Positions 1 through 9,105 of a DNA stretch of 64,000 bases are shown piece after piece (positions within the stretch are counted from its first letter, which is position 1; every line of letters begins with the position of its first letter). The notes beneath the pieces are model-generated. The model worked only from the letters and a program-made list of their open reading frames with translations, was not told the DNA's origin and ran no database searches. The position numbers and the translations under genes are program-made. Source of the stretch: a virus. The stretch covers positions 1,698-65,697 of the IMG/VR virus record IMGVR_UViG_3300045988_099661. The stretch is one strand, 5' to 3'.

Positions 1-3000
1 AAGCAAATCGCGCATCTCTGGGTGCTTTGTGAGATACTTGCCCAGCGCCTCTGCTGCTTTCGGATTGCTTTCCGCAAACTTTTCAGCAATGGCATTGTAA
101 GCGTTCTCGCGCTCGCCCAGTTCCTTGGATTCATTGACAAGAATGTTATCGGTAATTACACGCTCAACATCTTCGTCGTCCTTAGATTTAACAGGTTTAG
201 AAGTTTCTTCTTCGCCGCTGTGGTCGCCAAATAAACTTTCGAGAATATCTATGTCGCCTATGCCTTGGTCAATACCGCTTTTTTCCCACACGCTAAGCTT
301 ATATTCTTTCTTCTTCGGCTTTTCTACTTGCTCAGCCTCGCCGTTTTCCCCTTCACCTTTGTCGTCGCCGGTTTTTGCTTTGACAGGTTCTTCAGATTGT
401 TTGTTTTGTACTGGATTTTCGGAGCCTTTGTCGTCACCTTTGCTCCCCGTCCCGTTCTTATCAGTTTCATTGGTTTTGCCTCCGTTGTTGTCATCGCCAC
501 CTTTGTCAGCAGCAGCGGTATTCTCCGCTTCCCCTGCGCCGTCTTTGGCAATAGACTCTTTAGCCGCTTCTGCGCTATCAAAATCATGCCATTCGTCTAT
601 ACCTTTGCCCATTTTACGTACCTTCTTTGCTTTTTCGTTCAGAAGGTATTTTACACCGCCGTCGGCAGATTTGTAAATAGGCAAGCCATACATCGTACCA
701 TCATGCTTCTTGTCGCCGAGCGCTTCGTCAGCGGGAGCCGTTTCTCTTTTTTTGTTTACGAGCGCATCAACTTCTGAATCATCAAGCGGTTGTTGCGGTC
801 TTGACTCTTGTGCAGTCTGAGCCTTCTTGCCCTTTACCGCCTTTGCGGGAGCTTTATCTTCTCCCTCGCCTAGAGCTGCGCGTCTTGCCCTGTCTATAAG
901 TGCAAACTGTTCAATCTTTTTCAGCTCTCTAAGCTGTGCCCTCGCTTCCTCATCGCCGTTCATAGCGCGAGTACCCAAGCCATCGTACTCGCTGTTGTTC
1001 AACGCTGCTTTTGCAGTCCTGTTCTTGTCGAAAGCGCCATCGCGGATAATGCCAGTTGCCGGGTCTACATGCTTATCTTTTATGCTTTTCGGGACAGTAT
1101 TGTTGATAGCAATAGCTTCCGCTCTAGCCCAATTGTCGCCGCGCAGTTTGCCACGCTCTTCGTCGGCTCTACGAGCGACTTCCTTTTTTACGCCTCTTGG
1201 AATCTTGATTTTCAAGCTCTCGGCAGCGCTTATAAGGTCTTGTATGTTATCACCGCCAGCGATACCGGCGTAGCGAGCCGCGTCTTCATCTGTAAGCTTG
1301 ATTGCACCTTCACCTTTATTCTTGGCAATACGGTCTACGGTCTTACGCAGATTCATAATATGGTCATCGAATGAAGGAGCGGCGGTAGTTTGCTGAGGCT
1401 GCACCGGCTGCTGAACTTGCACTGGCGGTTGCTGGGGCTGCACTTGCGGCTGTTGAACAGTAGGAATTTCACCGCCGTTAACAACGTCATCAACAGCAGA
1501 ATTGACATTATCTGTCGCTGTCTGAATCTGTTCCTCGGGTGTGGTGGCAGGAGTGACAGGCTGTTGAGTTTGCGGCGGTTCTGCCTCGTTTTGCTTGCCA
1601 TAGCCAAGCTCAATAGCCTTAGCGATAATATCTTTGTCAGAACCTTCACCGAGAATTGTATCAACCGCGTTGTACTCATCTCCAGCAGCAGCATCATTCT
1701 CAAGGTACTGTTGCAGGAAGGATTTAGCCTGCCGCGCAGTAGGAATGCCCATATCGCCTGCGTTTGAACCAGTTTTCCCCATTCTGGAAAGCACTTGGTC
1801 TGCATACTCGTTGATAGACGGTTCATCGCCTTTGCCCTGTTTGCGATTAAGTGCTTCTTCGCTGTAATTCAGTGAGCCTTCGCCTGCGTACCACGCCATA
1901 GCAGCGCCGCGTGCGCCGTACTTGTCGTAGTATTCACCGAGTTTATGACGTGCAACAATTTCTTGATTTTCTGGTGTCATGGGAGCGTCGGCAGATAAGC
2001 CAGCTTCTTGCGCCCACGCAGACCAGTTCTCTGGCATGATTTGATATTTACCGCTTGCCCCTGTACGTCCATTCACTGCGTTGTAATTGCCGCCACTTTC
2101 CTGCCCGCCGATAGCATTGATAAAGGCTTCGCGTTCGTTGTCCACGCTCGTCACATCTACGCCCGGAGCAGGAGTTGTGCCAGCGTCGCTAGGAGTAACA
2201 TTAGTGTTTGCGCTTCCCGGGCCATAACTATCGTACATATTAGCAACGCCCGCAGGTACGCCGCCTGTCAAGCCGCCGACCAAACCAGACAGCAGTATAT
2301 CGGGGTCAGTCAAGCTCCAATCTTGCCCGGATTCCATCTTCGGAATAATCTGCTGCCCCATTTCCTGCACAGAGTTGATGCCGCCGCCGACACCCATAGC
2401 CGTCGCTGCCTTTTTGAGCTTGCCTGCTTTTTTGCCACCAAGAATCTGAATCAGAGCATCCTGCATAGTGTCGGTGCCAGTAATAAACATCAAGTTGTCG
2501 GTGAGCACGCCTTTAGCTACCTGCTCTGCTTCCTGTTCGGTAACGCCCGGCACATAAGTGCCATTACGCTTAGCATTGTCAATATAATCAAGTTTGCCAC
2601 TGGTTACGCTTTCCAGCACTGCTTCTGGCAAAGCTTGTTTCTGGCCAAGTTCGAGGTTCGCAATAATCGGAGCCATATATTTGGGAGCATTGGCAGCTAC
2701 GGTCTCACCATACTTTCCAGAAATCTTACTAAGGAATGGAGCCAGCCTAGTAGCCATGGCAGAAGCGCTAACGTTCGCCGCAGCTTGTTCTCCGACAGTA
2801 GGAGCGCCGACCCTTGCGCTTAGTCCTAAACCAATAGCATAAGGAATAACGCTTGCTGCGGCGTTAGCAATAGACGCTGCGCTAAACGGGTCAGAATAAG
2901 AACGGGCCTGAGCATCCTCTACCTCTTTGCCAAATTCTTCGATTTTTTTGTTAGTTCGATTAGTAAAGGCACGTAAGCCACCATCGGCCTGCATCTGCTT

Positions 3001-3231
3001 ATCCCATTCTTCCTCTGTTAGATAGGCAGGTTTGCCCGCATAATTTAACAGGTTGCCGCCTGCTCTGATTACGCTGCCTGTCGCTCCTGCTACGCCGTGA
3101 TAAGCTGCGCTTAGGATTCCGTCGTCGTCGTTGTTTTTTTCCGGTTCTGGCGCGTAATCATCAAGCCACGAAAAATCATATACAGGCCGCTCGTTATTCA
3201 AATCCGGGAAGTTATATTTATTGTTAGCCAT
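1..3231 (-). CDS. Large virion-associated (internal/ejection-type) protein with a central lytic transglycosylase-like domain. The 3' end runs off the window (>=1077 aa).
   Basis: Not in the supplied ORF track because there is no stop codon in the window. I read every plus-strand triplet from 1 to 3231 in this frame and found no tta/cta/tca. The ATG at 3231-3229 is preceded by GGAGG. The motif AIGGQESGGNYNAVNGRTGASGKYQIMPENW (about nt 1790-2050) is an SLT/lysozyme-like signature. A Q/P-rich linker and an acidic C-terminal part follow. Confidence 0.8.
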   Translation of the reverse strand, partial: MANNKYNFPDLNNERPVYDFSWLDDYAPEPEKNNDDDGILSAAYHGVAGATGSVIRAGGNLLNYAGKPAYLTEEEWDKQMQADGGLRAFTNRTNKKIEEFGKEVEDAQARSYSDPFSAASIANAAASVIPYAIGLGLSARVGAPTVGEQAAANVSASAMATRLAPFLSKISGKYGETVAANAPKYMAPIIANLELGQKQALPEAVLESVTSGKLDYIDNAKRNGTYVPGVTEQEAEQVAKGVLTDNLMFITGTDTMQDALIQILGGKKAGKLKKAATAMGVGGGINSVQEMGQQIIPKMESGQDWSLTDPDILLSGLVGGLTGGVPAGVANMYDSYGPGSANTNVTPSDAGTTPAPGVDVTSVDNEREAFINAIGGQESGGNYNAVNGRTGASGKYQIMPENWSAWAQEAGLSADAPMTPENQEIVARHKLGEYYDKYGARGAAMAWYAGEGSLNYSEEALNRKQGKGDEPSINEYADQVLSRMGKTGSNAGDMGIPTARQAKSFLQQYLENDAAAGDEYNAVDTILGEGSDKDIIAKAIELGYGKQNEAEPPQTQQPVTPATTPEEQIQTATDNVNSAVDDVVNGGEIPTVQQPQVQPQQPPVQVQQPVQPQQTTAAPSFDDHIMNLRKTVDRIAKNKGEGAIKLTDEDAARYAGIAGGDNIQDLISAAESLKIKIPRGVKKEVARRADEERGKLRGDNWARAEAIAINNTVPKSIKDKHVDPATGIIRDGAFDKNRTAKAALNNSEYDGLGTRAMNGDEEARAQLRELKKIEQFALIDRARRAALGEGEDKAPAKAVKGKKAQTAQESRPQQPLDDSEVDALVNKKRETAPADEALGDKKHDGTMYGLPIYKSADGGVKYLLNEKAKKVRKMGKGIDEWHDFDSAEAAKESIAKDGAGEAENTAAADKGGDDNNGGKTNETDKNGTGSKGDDKGSENPVQNKQSEEPVKAKTGDDKGEGENGEAEQVEKPKKKEYKLSVWEKSGIDQGIGDIDILESLFGDHSGEEETSKPVKSKDDEDVERVITDNILVNESKELGERENAYNAIAEKFAESNPKAAEALGKYLTKHPEMRDLL

Positions 3232-3249
3232 CGTCCAGCCTCCGTTAGT

Positions 3250-4584
3250 TTATTTTATCCAGCCGCGGTCTTTTAAAGCTCTGTTTAAATAACCGCCATT
3301 TTCTCCAAGCACTCTTTGAGCAATCGCTGCAAGTTGTGCATCGCTATGTCTGCCGCCGTCAGCCTCTTTCATCTGATTCAACCAATCTTGCATCTGGTTG
3401 TAGTCGTTTACATTCGCAGGGACTTGACTAAGCTGCTGCCCACCGTTAAGCACGCTAGTCAAATAATTACGTGCCAAACGCAGCTGCCCTTGATTTGGAT
3501 AGGGAGTGTCAGGGTTTACTTTTACCCAAGCCTGCGCATCGGCAATAATTTCTTTCGCCGCCGCCATGCGCTGGTCGTTAGCTTTGTTTTGCTGAACACC
3601 AAATAAAGATTTCGCCGCTTGGTCGTAACTAATACCATTAGCTTTTGCGACCATACCAATCTTATAATTGTTCTGCCTTACAAAATCATTAAAGCTCAAA
3701 TCATGGTTAAACCTAGCTTGGTCTTTGCTCAACGCCGAAGCGTACGCCATGTCAGCAACTTTATACTGATGTTGCTTATCCATACGCTTATTAGTTTCAG
3801 CGACATTGTATTGGTCGTGCATCGTCGGCAGTCCGGCCATTGCAATTTTTGCTGCTTCCGGATTATACTTAGCCATTTGCGAACCAATCATCTGAGCACC
3901 AGTGTAATCTTTCGTCCCGATAGCATACTTATACTGCTCGAATAAATCGTTATACATGCCGTCATTATGCTCTTTGACCTTCGCATCAACCATTGGCGAA
4001 ATGTTATCCATAATCTGCCCAATCTGGTATTCCGTCCTGCCATTCTTTCGCAACTGCGCTTTTAGGAGGTTGTTAAGCATCTTCGGGTCGCTTACAGGCA
4101 CTTTGCTCAAGTCAAGATTCGCAAGATTGGTACTAATGGTGTTTGCTGTCTTCGATGCTATAATCTCATCGCCTGTTGGGTTTGGAGTTTTGCCGCCGTA
4201 TTTGTTTTTAACAAACTCCCATTTTTCCTTTTGAATGGCATCTTGCGGAGAAATTACGTTGTTAGCCGCATCTGCTGCTTGATTGCCGCCTGGAATACCA
4301 AACTGTGAATTTGCATTTGCGTAAGTTTGTTGCTCGCCAACAGTATTGCCCTGCAAGCCCTGCCCATAGACTCCCTGCAACGTATCATCGTTAGACGTAG
4401 GCGAAGTTGCGCCCACGCCATACAGGGCACTCAGCGCTTCCTGTTCGCCCTTTTCAATGCCACGACGGTTATAGTTCTCGCCCCAAATCGTGCCCAGAAC
4501 AGTACCGAGTGATTCACCAAGCTGTTCCTGCGGCGACGCGTAAGGGTTATAGCGCATCTTCATTCCATATCTGCCGTAACTCAT
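3250..4584 (-). CDS. Hypothetical late-operon (virion/internal) protein, 444 aa
   Basis: Long ORF tightly packed in the late operon. Its stop lies 19 nt upstream of the next start. No motif recognised. Confidence 0.7.
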   Translation of the reverse strand: MSYGRYGMKMRYNPYASPQEQLGESLGTVLGTIWGENYNRRGIEKGEQEALSALYGVGATSPTSNDDTLQGVYGQGLQGNTVGEQQTYANANSQFGIPGGNQAADAANNVISPQDAIQKEKWEFVKNKYGGKTPNPTGDEIIASKTANTISTNLANLDLSKVPVSDPKMLNNLLKAQLRKNGRTEYQIGQIMDNISPMVDAKVKEHNDGMYNDLFEQYKYAIGTKDYTGAQMIGSQMAKYNPEAAKIAMAGLPTMHDQYNVAETNKRMDKQHQYKVADMAYASALSKDQARFNHDLSFNDFVRQNNYKIGMVAKANGISYDQAAKSLFGVQQNKANDQRMAAAKEIIADAQAWVKVNPDTPYPNQGQLRLARNYLTSVLNGGQQLSQVPANVNDYNQMQDWLNQMKEADGGRHSDAQLAAIAQRVLGENGGYLNRALKDRGWIK

Positions 4585-5720
4585 GCTACTTCACCGCCCC
4601 ATTCATCAGTACCCGCCTTCGCTACAAAACCATTAGCATAATAAGTCGACGTCCCGTGTCTCGTCGTCTTGAAGTCGTAAACCTTTCGCTCGCCGTCAAA
4701 AGCGATTGCTTTGACCGTACCGACGTTTTTAAGATTATCTCCGACGCGCAACATACACACATCTCTAAAAGTGCCGTCAGCAAGCATTAGCGGCTGTGTG
4801 AGTGTGGTTCCTACGTTACGCAGGTTGCCGTCGTCGTCTTGACAAATAACCATGTAAATCTCGCTGTAATGCGGCTTCATGACTTCCGTGACTTCTTCGA
4901 CGTGCTTTCTATCACGTACATGGTCGTAGGCCATAACCTTGTCGCCAGCTTCGATGTCGCGAATAGCTTTCTGTTCGCCGTCAGCCATCTCGACAGGCGT
5001 TTCTTCCACGAAGCACCAAGCGTTAATCGCCGCTGACGCCGCGCCGTTGAACAGACCACCGAGGAAGCTGCCGCCGCCAGAGGTCGTGCTGGTTGTTGTG
5101 CCTTGACCGGACACCGCATTCAGAGCGCCAAGCGTACCGCCGCTATTTAAACCAAGGGACGCGTTCCAGAGGTTCAGAGCGGGCTGTTGAGCTGCTTCTT
5201 GTGCCGCAGCACTTGTAGAAATTTGGCTTCCGGCAAGCGATGCCTGTTGGCCATACAAGCCGTTCAGAACACCGATATTATTCTGGTACTGCTGCGCCAT
5301 AGTATCGGCAGCATTTTTAGAAATATCGTTCATAGCAGTATTAGTAACGCTGCTGTTCAAGATACCACGAGAGCCAAGGCTATTAAGCGTCTGCCCCATT
5401 GTGTTGTTAACGCCACTGGCGATGCTCGCTTCCATGTTCTTCTGATACTCCGCAGGAAGGATGCCTTGAGCAAGGTTAGCTACGCCCTGCTGCGCACTGC
5501 CGATTTGCTTATTAGCGTTGGACAACAACTGGTTATAATCAACTTGAATAGTGCCCAAGCTGTCTTTCAGCAAGCCTTGTGCTACGTTATTCAGCCACAA
5601 GGCGTTAGGTGCCACCGCTTCTGCATAATCGGCAGCCTGCTTCTGCAAGCGGATTTCCTGCTCTGTTGGTTTGTAAGACTGAACTGTTGTGCTGCCGCCT
5701 TTTTTACCCATTAAGCGCAC
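4581..5720 (-). CDS. Virion-module protein with a Gln/Asn/Gly-rich N-terminal part and a C-terminal Hint (intein-like autoprocessing) domain
   Basis: The last 144 aa begin CFVEETPVEMADGEQKAIRDIEAGDKVMAY, an intein block-A-like motif. They end YYANGFVAKAG, which is block-G-like but lacks the His-Asn. Confidence 0.7.
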   Translation of the reverse strand: MRLMGKKGGSTTVQSYKPTEQEIRLQKQAADYAEAVAPNALWLNNVAQGLLKDSLGTIQVDYNQLLSNANKQIGSAQQGVANLAQGILPAEYQKNMEASIASGVNNTMGQTLNSLGSRGILNSSVTNTAMNDISKNAADTMAQQYQNNIGVLNGLYGQQASLAGSQISTSAAAQEAAQQPALNLWNASLGLNSGGTLGALNAVSGQGTTTSTTSGGGSFLGGLFNGAASAAINAWCFVEETPVEMADGEQKAIRDIEAGDKVMAYDHVRDRKHVEEVTEVMKPHYSEIYMVICQDDDGNLRNVGTTLTQPLMLADGTFRDVCMLRVGDNLKNVGTVKAIAFDGERKVYDFKTTRHGTSTYYANGFVAKAGTDEWGGEVA

Positions 5721-6198
5721 CTTCTTCCTTTAGCTTTGCTTTCATTTCCTCAATCATCGGACTGGTGGCTTTAGCGTTCAAGTAATGCGTCACCCAGTAC
5801 GCAGGCTCACCTGTTTCTTTGTCAGTATGCTTATAGGTGATAATAATCAGCCTGCCGATGCTATCTTGACACCAGTAACGATACTGTCCGTTTACTTCTT
5901 CGCGTTCCAGTATTTCCCAGCCGAAGCCGCGAATATATGGCTCGATATGGCGAGTGCAGATTGTTGCGACGCAGTTGCAGCCAAAGGTTGCACCCACAAG
6001 CTCGGCGAAATCACGCCAGAACTTAGCATCGCCGCATACTTGATACACGATTACCATTTTGCCCTCTTCGTCCAGCTTCATAGTAGCAAAGCCACGCTCT
6101 GCTAAATAAAAAAGGCGGTAGCCCGGTAGGATTGCCGCCTTGTCATTTGTTTTCTTTTCGTAAATCTCTATCCATTCTTTAAGGCTCTTGCCCTTCAT
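5704..6198 (-). CDS. Hypothetical protein, 164 aa
   Basis: ORF in the late operon. It overlaps the downstream start by 17 nt. Confidence 0.65.
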   Translation of the reverse strand: MKGKSLKEWIEIYEKKTNDKAAILPGYRLFYLAERGFATMKLDEEGKMVIVYQVCGDAKFWRDFAELVGATFGCNCVATICTRHIEPYIRGFGWEILEREEVNGQYRYWCQDSIGRLIIITYKHTDKETGEPAYWVTHYLNAKATSPMIEEMKAKLKEEGALNG

Positions 6199-6228
6199 AT
6201 TGCATACCGCCTTTCGTTATTTTACGTA

Positions 6229-7614
6229 TTATTCGTCAACGCCGTACAGATTAAAATTCTTGATTCTGTGTGGAGATGAGCTGGTCACGACAATTTCAAA
6301 CGCTCGCAAAGAATTGTAAAAATGTTTGATTCTACGCTTAGATGCCAAACTATAATCGAAGCCACGGTTGGCAATCTGCACATGAATCTTGCCATCGTTG
6401 TCGCCCTCTCTGCCCTCAACAAACATATCGAGGTAGCGGGTGATAATTCTGTTCGGCGTGATAAACATCTTCGATACAATCTTTGACTTGATAAGAGCAT
6501 TGCCGTCATTGGTATATTCAGAGTTCATGCGACGCAGACCAGCATCCGTAGCAAGCATAATGCCGTTGCTCGTCTCCACAGCGTCGTTAATGTCGTCGTG
6601 GAATACATACTTATAAGCCGCACCGGTATCGTACTGATAAATATAAAAGGTCTTTTTATCTGCTTCGTTAGGACGAATCCATAGCTGTCTACGCGTCAGC
6701 ATATTCCATACCTTCGGCTTATGGCAATTCTCTTGCAGCAGACGGTTGATTTTATAAGCAACCTCCGTAGTATCGAAGTTGCCGTAGGTCGTCGTAGTTT
6801 GCAAGCTGCGCAGCCCTAAGTCCGTAGCGAATACAATCGTACCGCCCATCAGCGCAAACGCTTCTCTGTCGTCCTCTGCGTGCGTATCGCTCAAAACAGC
6901 ATCGCTGCTGAGGTCTGGAACTGTACCAGATACGCGATAGCCCCTGTCGTTGGTTTTGAACACGATTAGGTCGCCTGCGAGCGTCAGCACTGTTATAATA
7001 TCACCACCGTCACAAGCGCCGATTTGATACCATTGCGCTTGGCTAATCATATTAGTATCTTCCTTCCACGCTTCGCTTGATGTACAATCACCGGTCGAGC
7101 TATAACGGAAGTTATCGTCGCCGCGCTTAGATGTGCCAAGTCTCATGTCCTGCACCCAAAGATTGTCGCTCAAGAAGCTGCTCTCTACCGTTACGAGCGG
7201 ATTCTTGTAATCGTAATATTGCAGTTTGCCACCGCTAGCTACAATTATCTTATCGGAAAAACGACAGCACATAGGGCGTTCTCCGCCCGTCAGCTTGCCA
7301 AGAGATGTTGACTGCTCACCAACATACGCATAGTAGACATTTGCACTACCAGAGCCGTCCGCAGGAGGCTTGCCTGCGAGCAAAAAGCCGTCGGTCGATA
7401 AATCATACCAAATCTTGTCAATCGGCTCTCCTATGTCAATCAGAGGCTCTGAGTAGCCGTCTCTGGTACGCAAAACGCCCTGCTCAAACATATAATTTTC
7501 GAGCAGAGCGGCTTCGTTTTCCGCTATCATATTTTCCGGTACAGAAGCGTTCATGCCGCCTGTCAAATTGCTTAGGCTACACGATACGGCTTGTTGTTGT
7601 CTTTCTATGGGCAT
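6229..7614 (-). CDS. Hypothetical tail structural protein, 461 aa (possible nozzle/tubular-type)
   Basis: Assigned from size and position in the tail module. The sequence looks beta-rich. No specific motif recognised. Confidence 0.45.
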   Translation of the reverse strand: MPIERQQQAVSCSLSNLTGGMNASVPENMIAENEAALLENYMFEQGVLRTRDGYSEPLIDIGEPIDKIWYDLSTDGFLLAGKPPADGSGSANVYYAYVGEQSTSLGKLTGGERPMCCRFSDKIIVASGGKLQYYDYKNPLVTVESSFLSDNLWVQDMRLGTSKRGDDNFRYSSTGDCTSSEAWKEDTNMISQAQWYQIGACDGGDIITVLTLAGDLIVFKTNDRGYRVSGTVPDLSSDAVLSDTHAEDDREAFALMGGTIVFATDLGLRSLQTTTTYGNFDTTEVAYKINRLLQENCHKPKVWNMLTRRQLWIRPNEADKKTFYIYQYDTGAAYKYVFHDDINDAVETSNGIMLATDAGLRRMNSEYTNDGNALIKSKIVSKMFITPNRIITRYLDMFVEGREGDNDGKIHVQIANRGFDYSLASKRRIKHFYNSLRAFEIVVTSSSPHRIKNFNLYGVDE

Positions 7615-7811
7615 AGCGGTTCACTCCAGTCAAATTCTTCCCAGTGACACGGCCATCTTAAATCCTTGCGTATCGAACCAGTATATAAGCGATGATGCTT
7701 CCAAAACATCATACGTCTAAATTTCATGAATGTATGCCACCTTTTCATCAGCATATCGTCTGGACGGCGCTTCCGCTTCACCGAATACATTCTTGCCTTT
7801 TTGTATTTCAT
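7605..7811 (-). CDS. Small basic hypothetical protein, 68 aa
   Basis: ORF with a 10-nt overlap to the downstream gene. Confidence 0.45.
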   Translation of the reverse strand: MKYKKARMYSVKRKRRPDDMLMKRWHTFMKFRRMMFWKHHRLYTGSIRKDLRWPCHWEEFDWSEPLCP

Positions 7812-7857
7812 AGCGGTTCACCTCACTTTCGTGTGATTCCTAGCAATAGCTATCGCC

Positions 7858-8124
7858 TCACTCGCTTTTTAAGCAACGGTTAGAATTTTTTCTGTATACG
7901 TCCTCATACATCTCTTGCTTATCGCCGTTGTAGGTGTATTCGGCATAAATGCCATCACCGCTGACAGTAGTTGACAGCAATGCCTTATAGTTCTGCAAAG
8001 TCTTGCACGCCCATACAACAAAGACGTTTTCTAAGGTGATTTTTTGCTCACCAGATTCATTGTACCATTCTACTAATTTGTTTTTGCACACAGATTCAAA
8101 GTGCGCCATACCTGTAATAATCAT
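7858..8124 (-). CDS. Hypothetical protein, 88 aa
   Basis: ORF in the late operon. Confidence 0.55.
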   Translation of the reverse strand: MIITGMAHFESVCKNKLVEWYNESGEQKITLENVFVVWACKTLQNYKALLSTTVSGDGIYAEYTYNGDKQEMYEDVYRKNSNRCLKSE

Positions 8125-8173
8125 TTTCCATTCCTCCTTTTTACCACTCCAATTTCGGCAGTTCCGCCTTTTA

Positions 8174-8704
8174 TCATACTTCCATTGTCACAGTTTCTAC
8201 TTCTGCTGCCGCAGTTGCTGCCTCAACTTTTTCTTTCGCTTTACGATATGCAACATGCAGGAGATTGGAGCGTACTGCTACGGCAGCAATAATCATCTTT
8301 AAATCGTTGGCAGTAACCGCAGTATCCGCATTATCTGCCGTGGTCCACTCTATTGTAGCTCCTTCGCCTTGCAGTTCAAGCGCAATAATTGCCGCATTGA
8401 TTCTATCTCTTGCCTTCTCATCATAATCAAAAGAGTAGCCTTTGTACTCAATCGGTTCAACCTCTGCTTTATCACGTTGCATCTTTAAAGTTTCGATTCT
8501 GCGATTTTTAAAATACTCAATCGGTTCTTCCTCGTGTGTCACTTCGACCCCTAAGTCTTTAAGGGCATCTTCAGAGATAGACAGAGGGATAAAGATACCC
8601 TCTTTGCCTAATGCTTCTGAAAGTTCGTAAACATTAGAGTAAGTTTTGTCTTTGTATTTATATTTTGTCTGCATTTTGTTCCTCCTTTGCTTAATAATCT
8701 TCAA
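8174..8704 (-). CDS. Tail-fibre assembly/chaperone-like protein (DUF4376-like C-terminal pattern)
   Basis: The segment YKGYSFDYDEKARDRINAAIIAL...WTTADNADTAVTANDLKMIIAAVA resembles the DUF4376 pattern seen next to fibre genes. The gene sits two genes downstream of the fibre. Confidence 0.45.
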   Translation of the reverse strand: MKIIKQRRNKMQTKYKYKDKTYSNVYELSEALGKEGIFIPLSISEDALKDLGVEVTHEEEPIEYFKNRRIETLKMQRDKAEVEPIEYKGYSFDYDEKARDRINAAIIALELQGEGATIEWTTADNADTAVTANDLKMIIAAVAVRSNLLHVAYRKAKEKVEAATAAAEVETVTMEV

Positions 8705-9095
8705 CTGTAGGTTTCATGTCATTTATTGCTTTGCCCCATGAAAAAGTCACACCACTTGTATAATAGCAATTAAACAGCAATCTATAAGTTTTATTGGGTG
8801 TTACACCTACAATGGAATCAATATCTGCGGCATCGTCGACTTCACCCTCAGAGGTAGTATAAAACCAACCCTCACCCCAAACTTTATTGGTTGATGTATT
8901 CTTTATGTTAGCATAGTTGGATAAATCGGGGGCACCCTCACCCCCATCAATAGACGATGTTACTTTGATTCTCTTAATCCCCGGTGGAACAGTAAAAGAA
9001 ATTGTTTTATTATTTGCGTCATTCCAAGTCCAATACTTGCTACCATCTTCAACCTTTACCTCACCATTTTTCATCATCATTCTGTTTAAGCCCAT
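8691..9095 (-). CDS. Hypothetical fibre-associated protein, 134 aa
   Basis: ORF immediately downstream of the collagen-like fibre. Confidence 0.55.
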   Translation of the reverse strand: MGLNRMMMKNGEVKVEDGSKYWTWNDANNKTISFTVPPGIKRIKVTSSIDGGEGAPDLSNYANIKNTSTNKVWGEGWFYTTSEGEVDDAADIDSIVGVTPNKTYRLLFNCYYTSGVTFSWGKAINDMKPTVEDY

Positions 9096-9105
9096 ATTAC
9101 CACCT

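Noticed and set aside
125-2842. Plus-strand ORFs in the track (125-676, 265-777, 827-1273, 2008-2823 and others)
   Set aside because: Their low-complexity Ser/Leu/Pro/Phe-rich products are typical antisense shadows. The opposite strand carries an uninterrupted 1077-codon ORF with an SLT motif.
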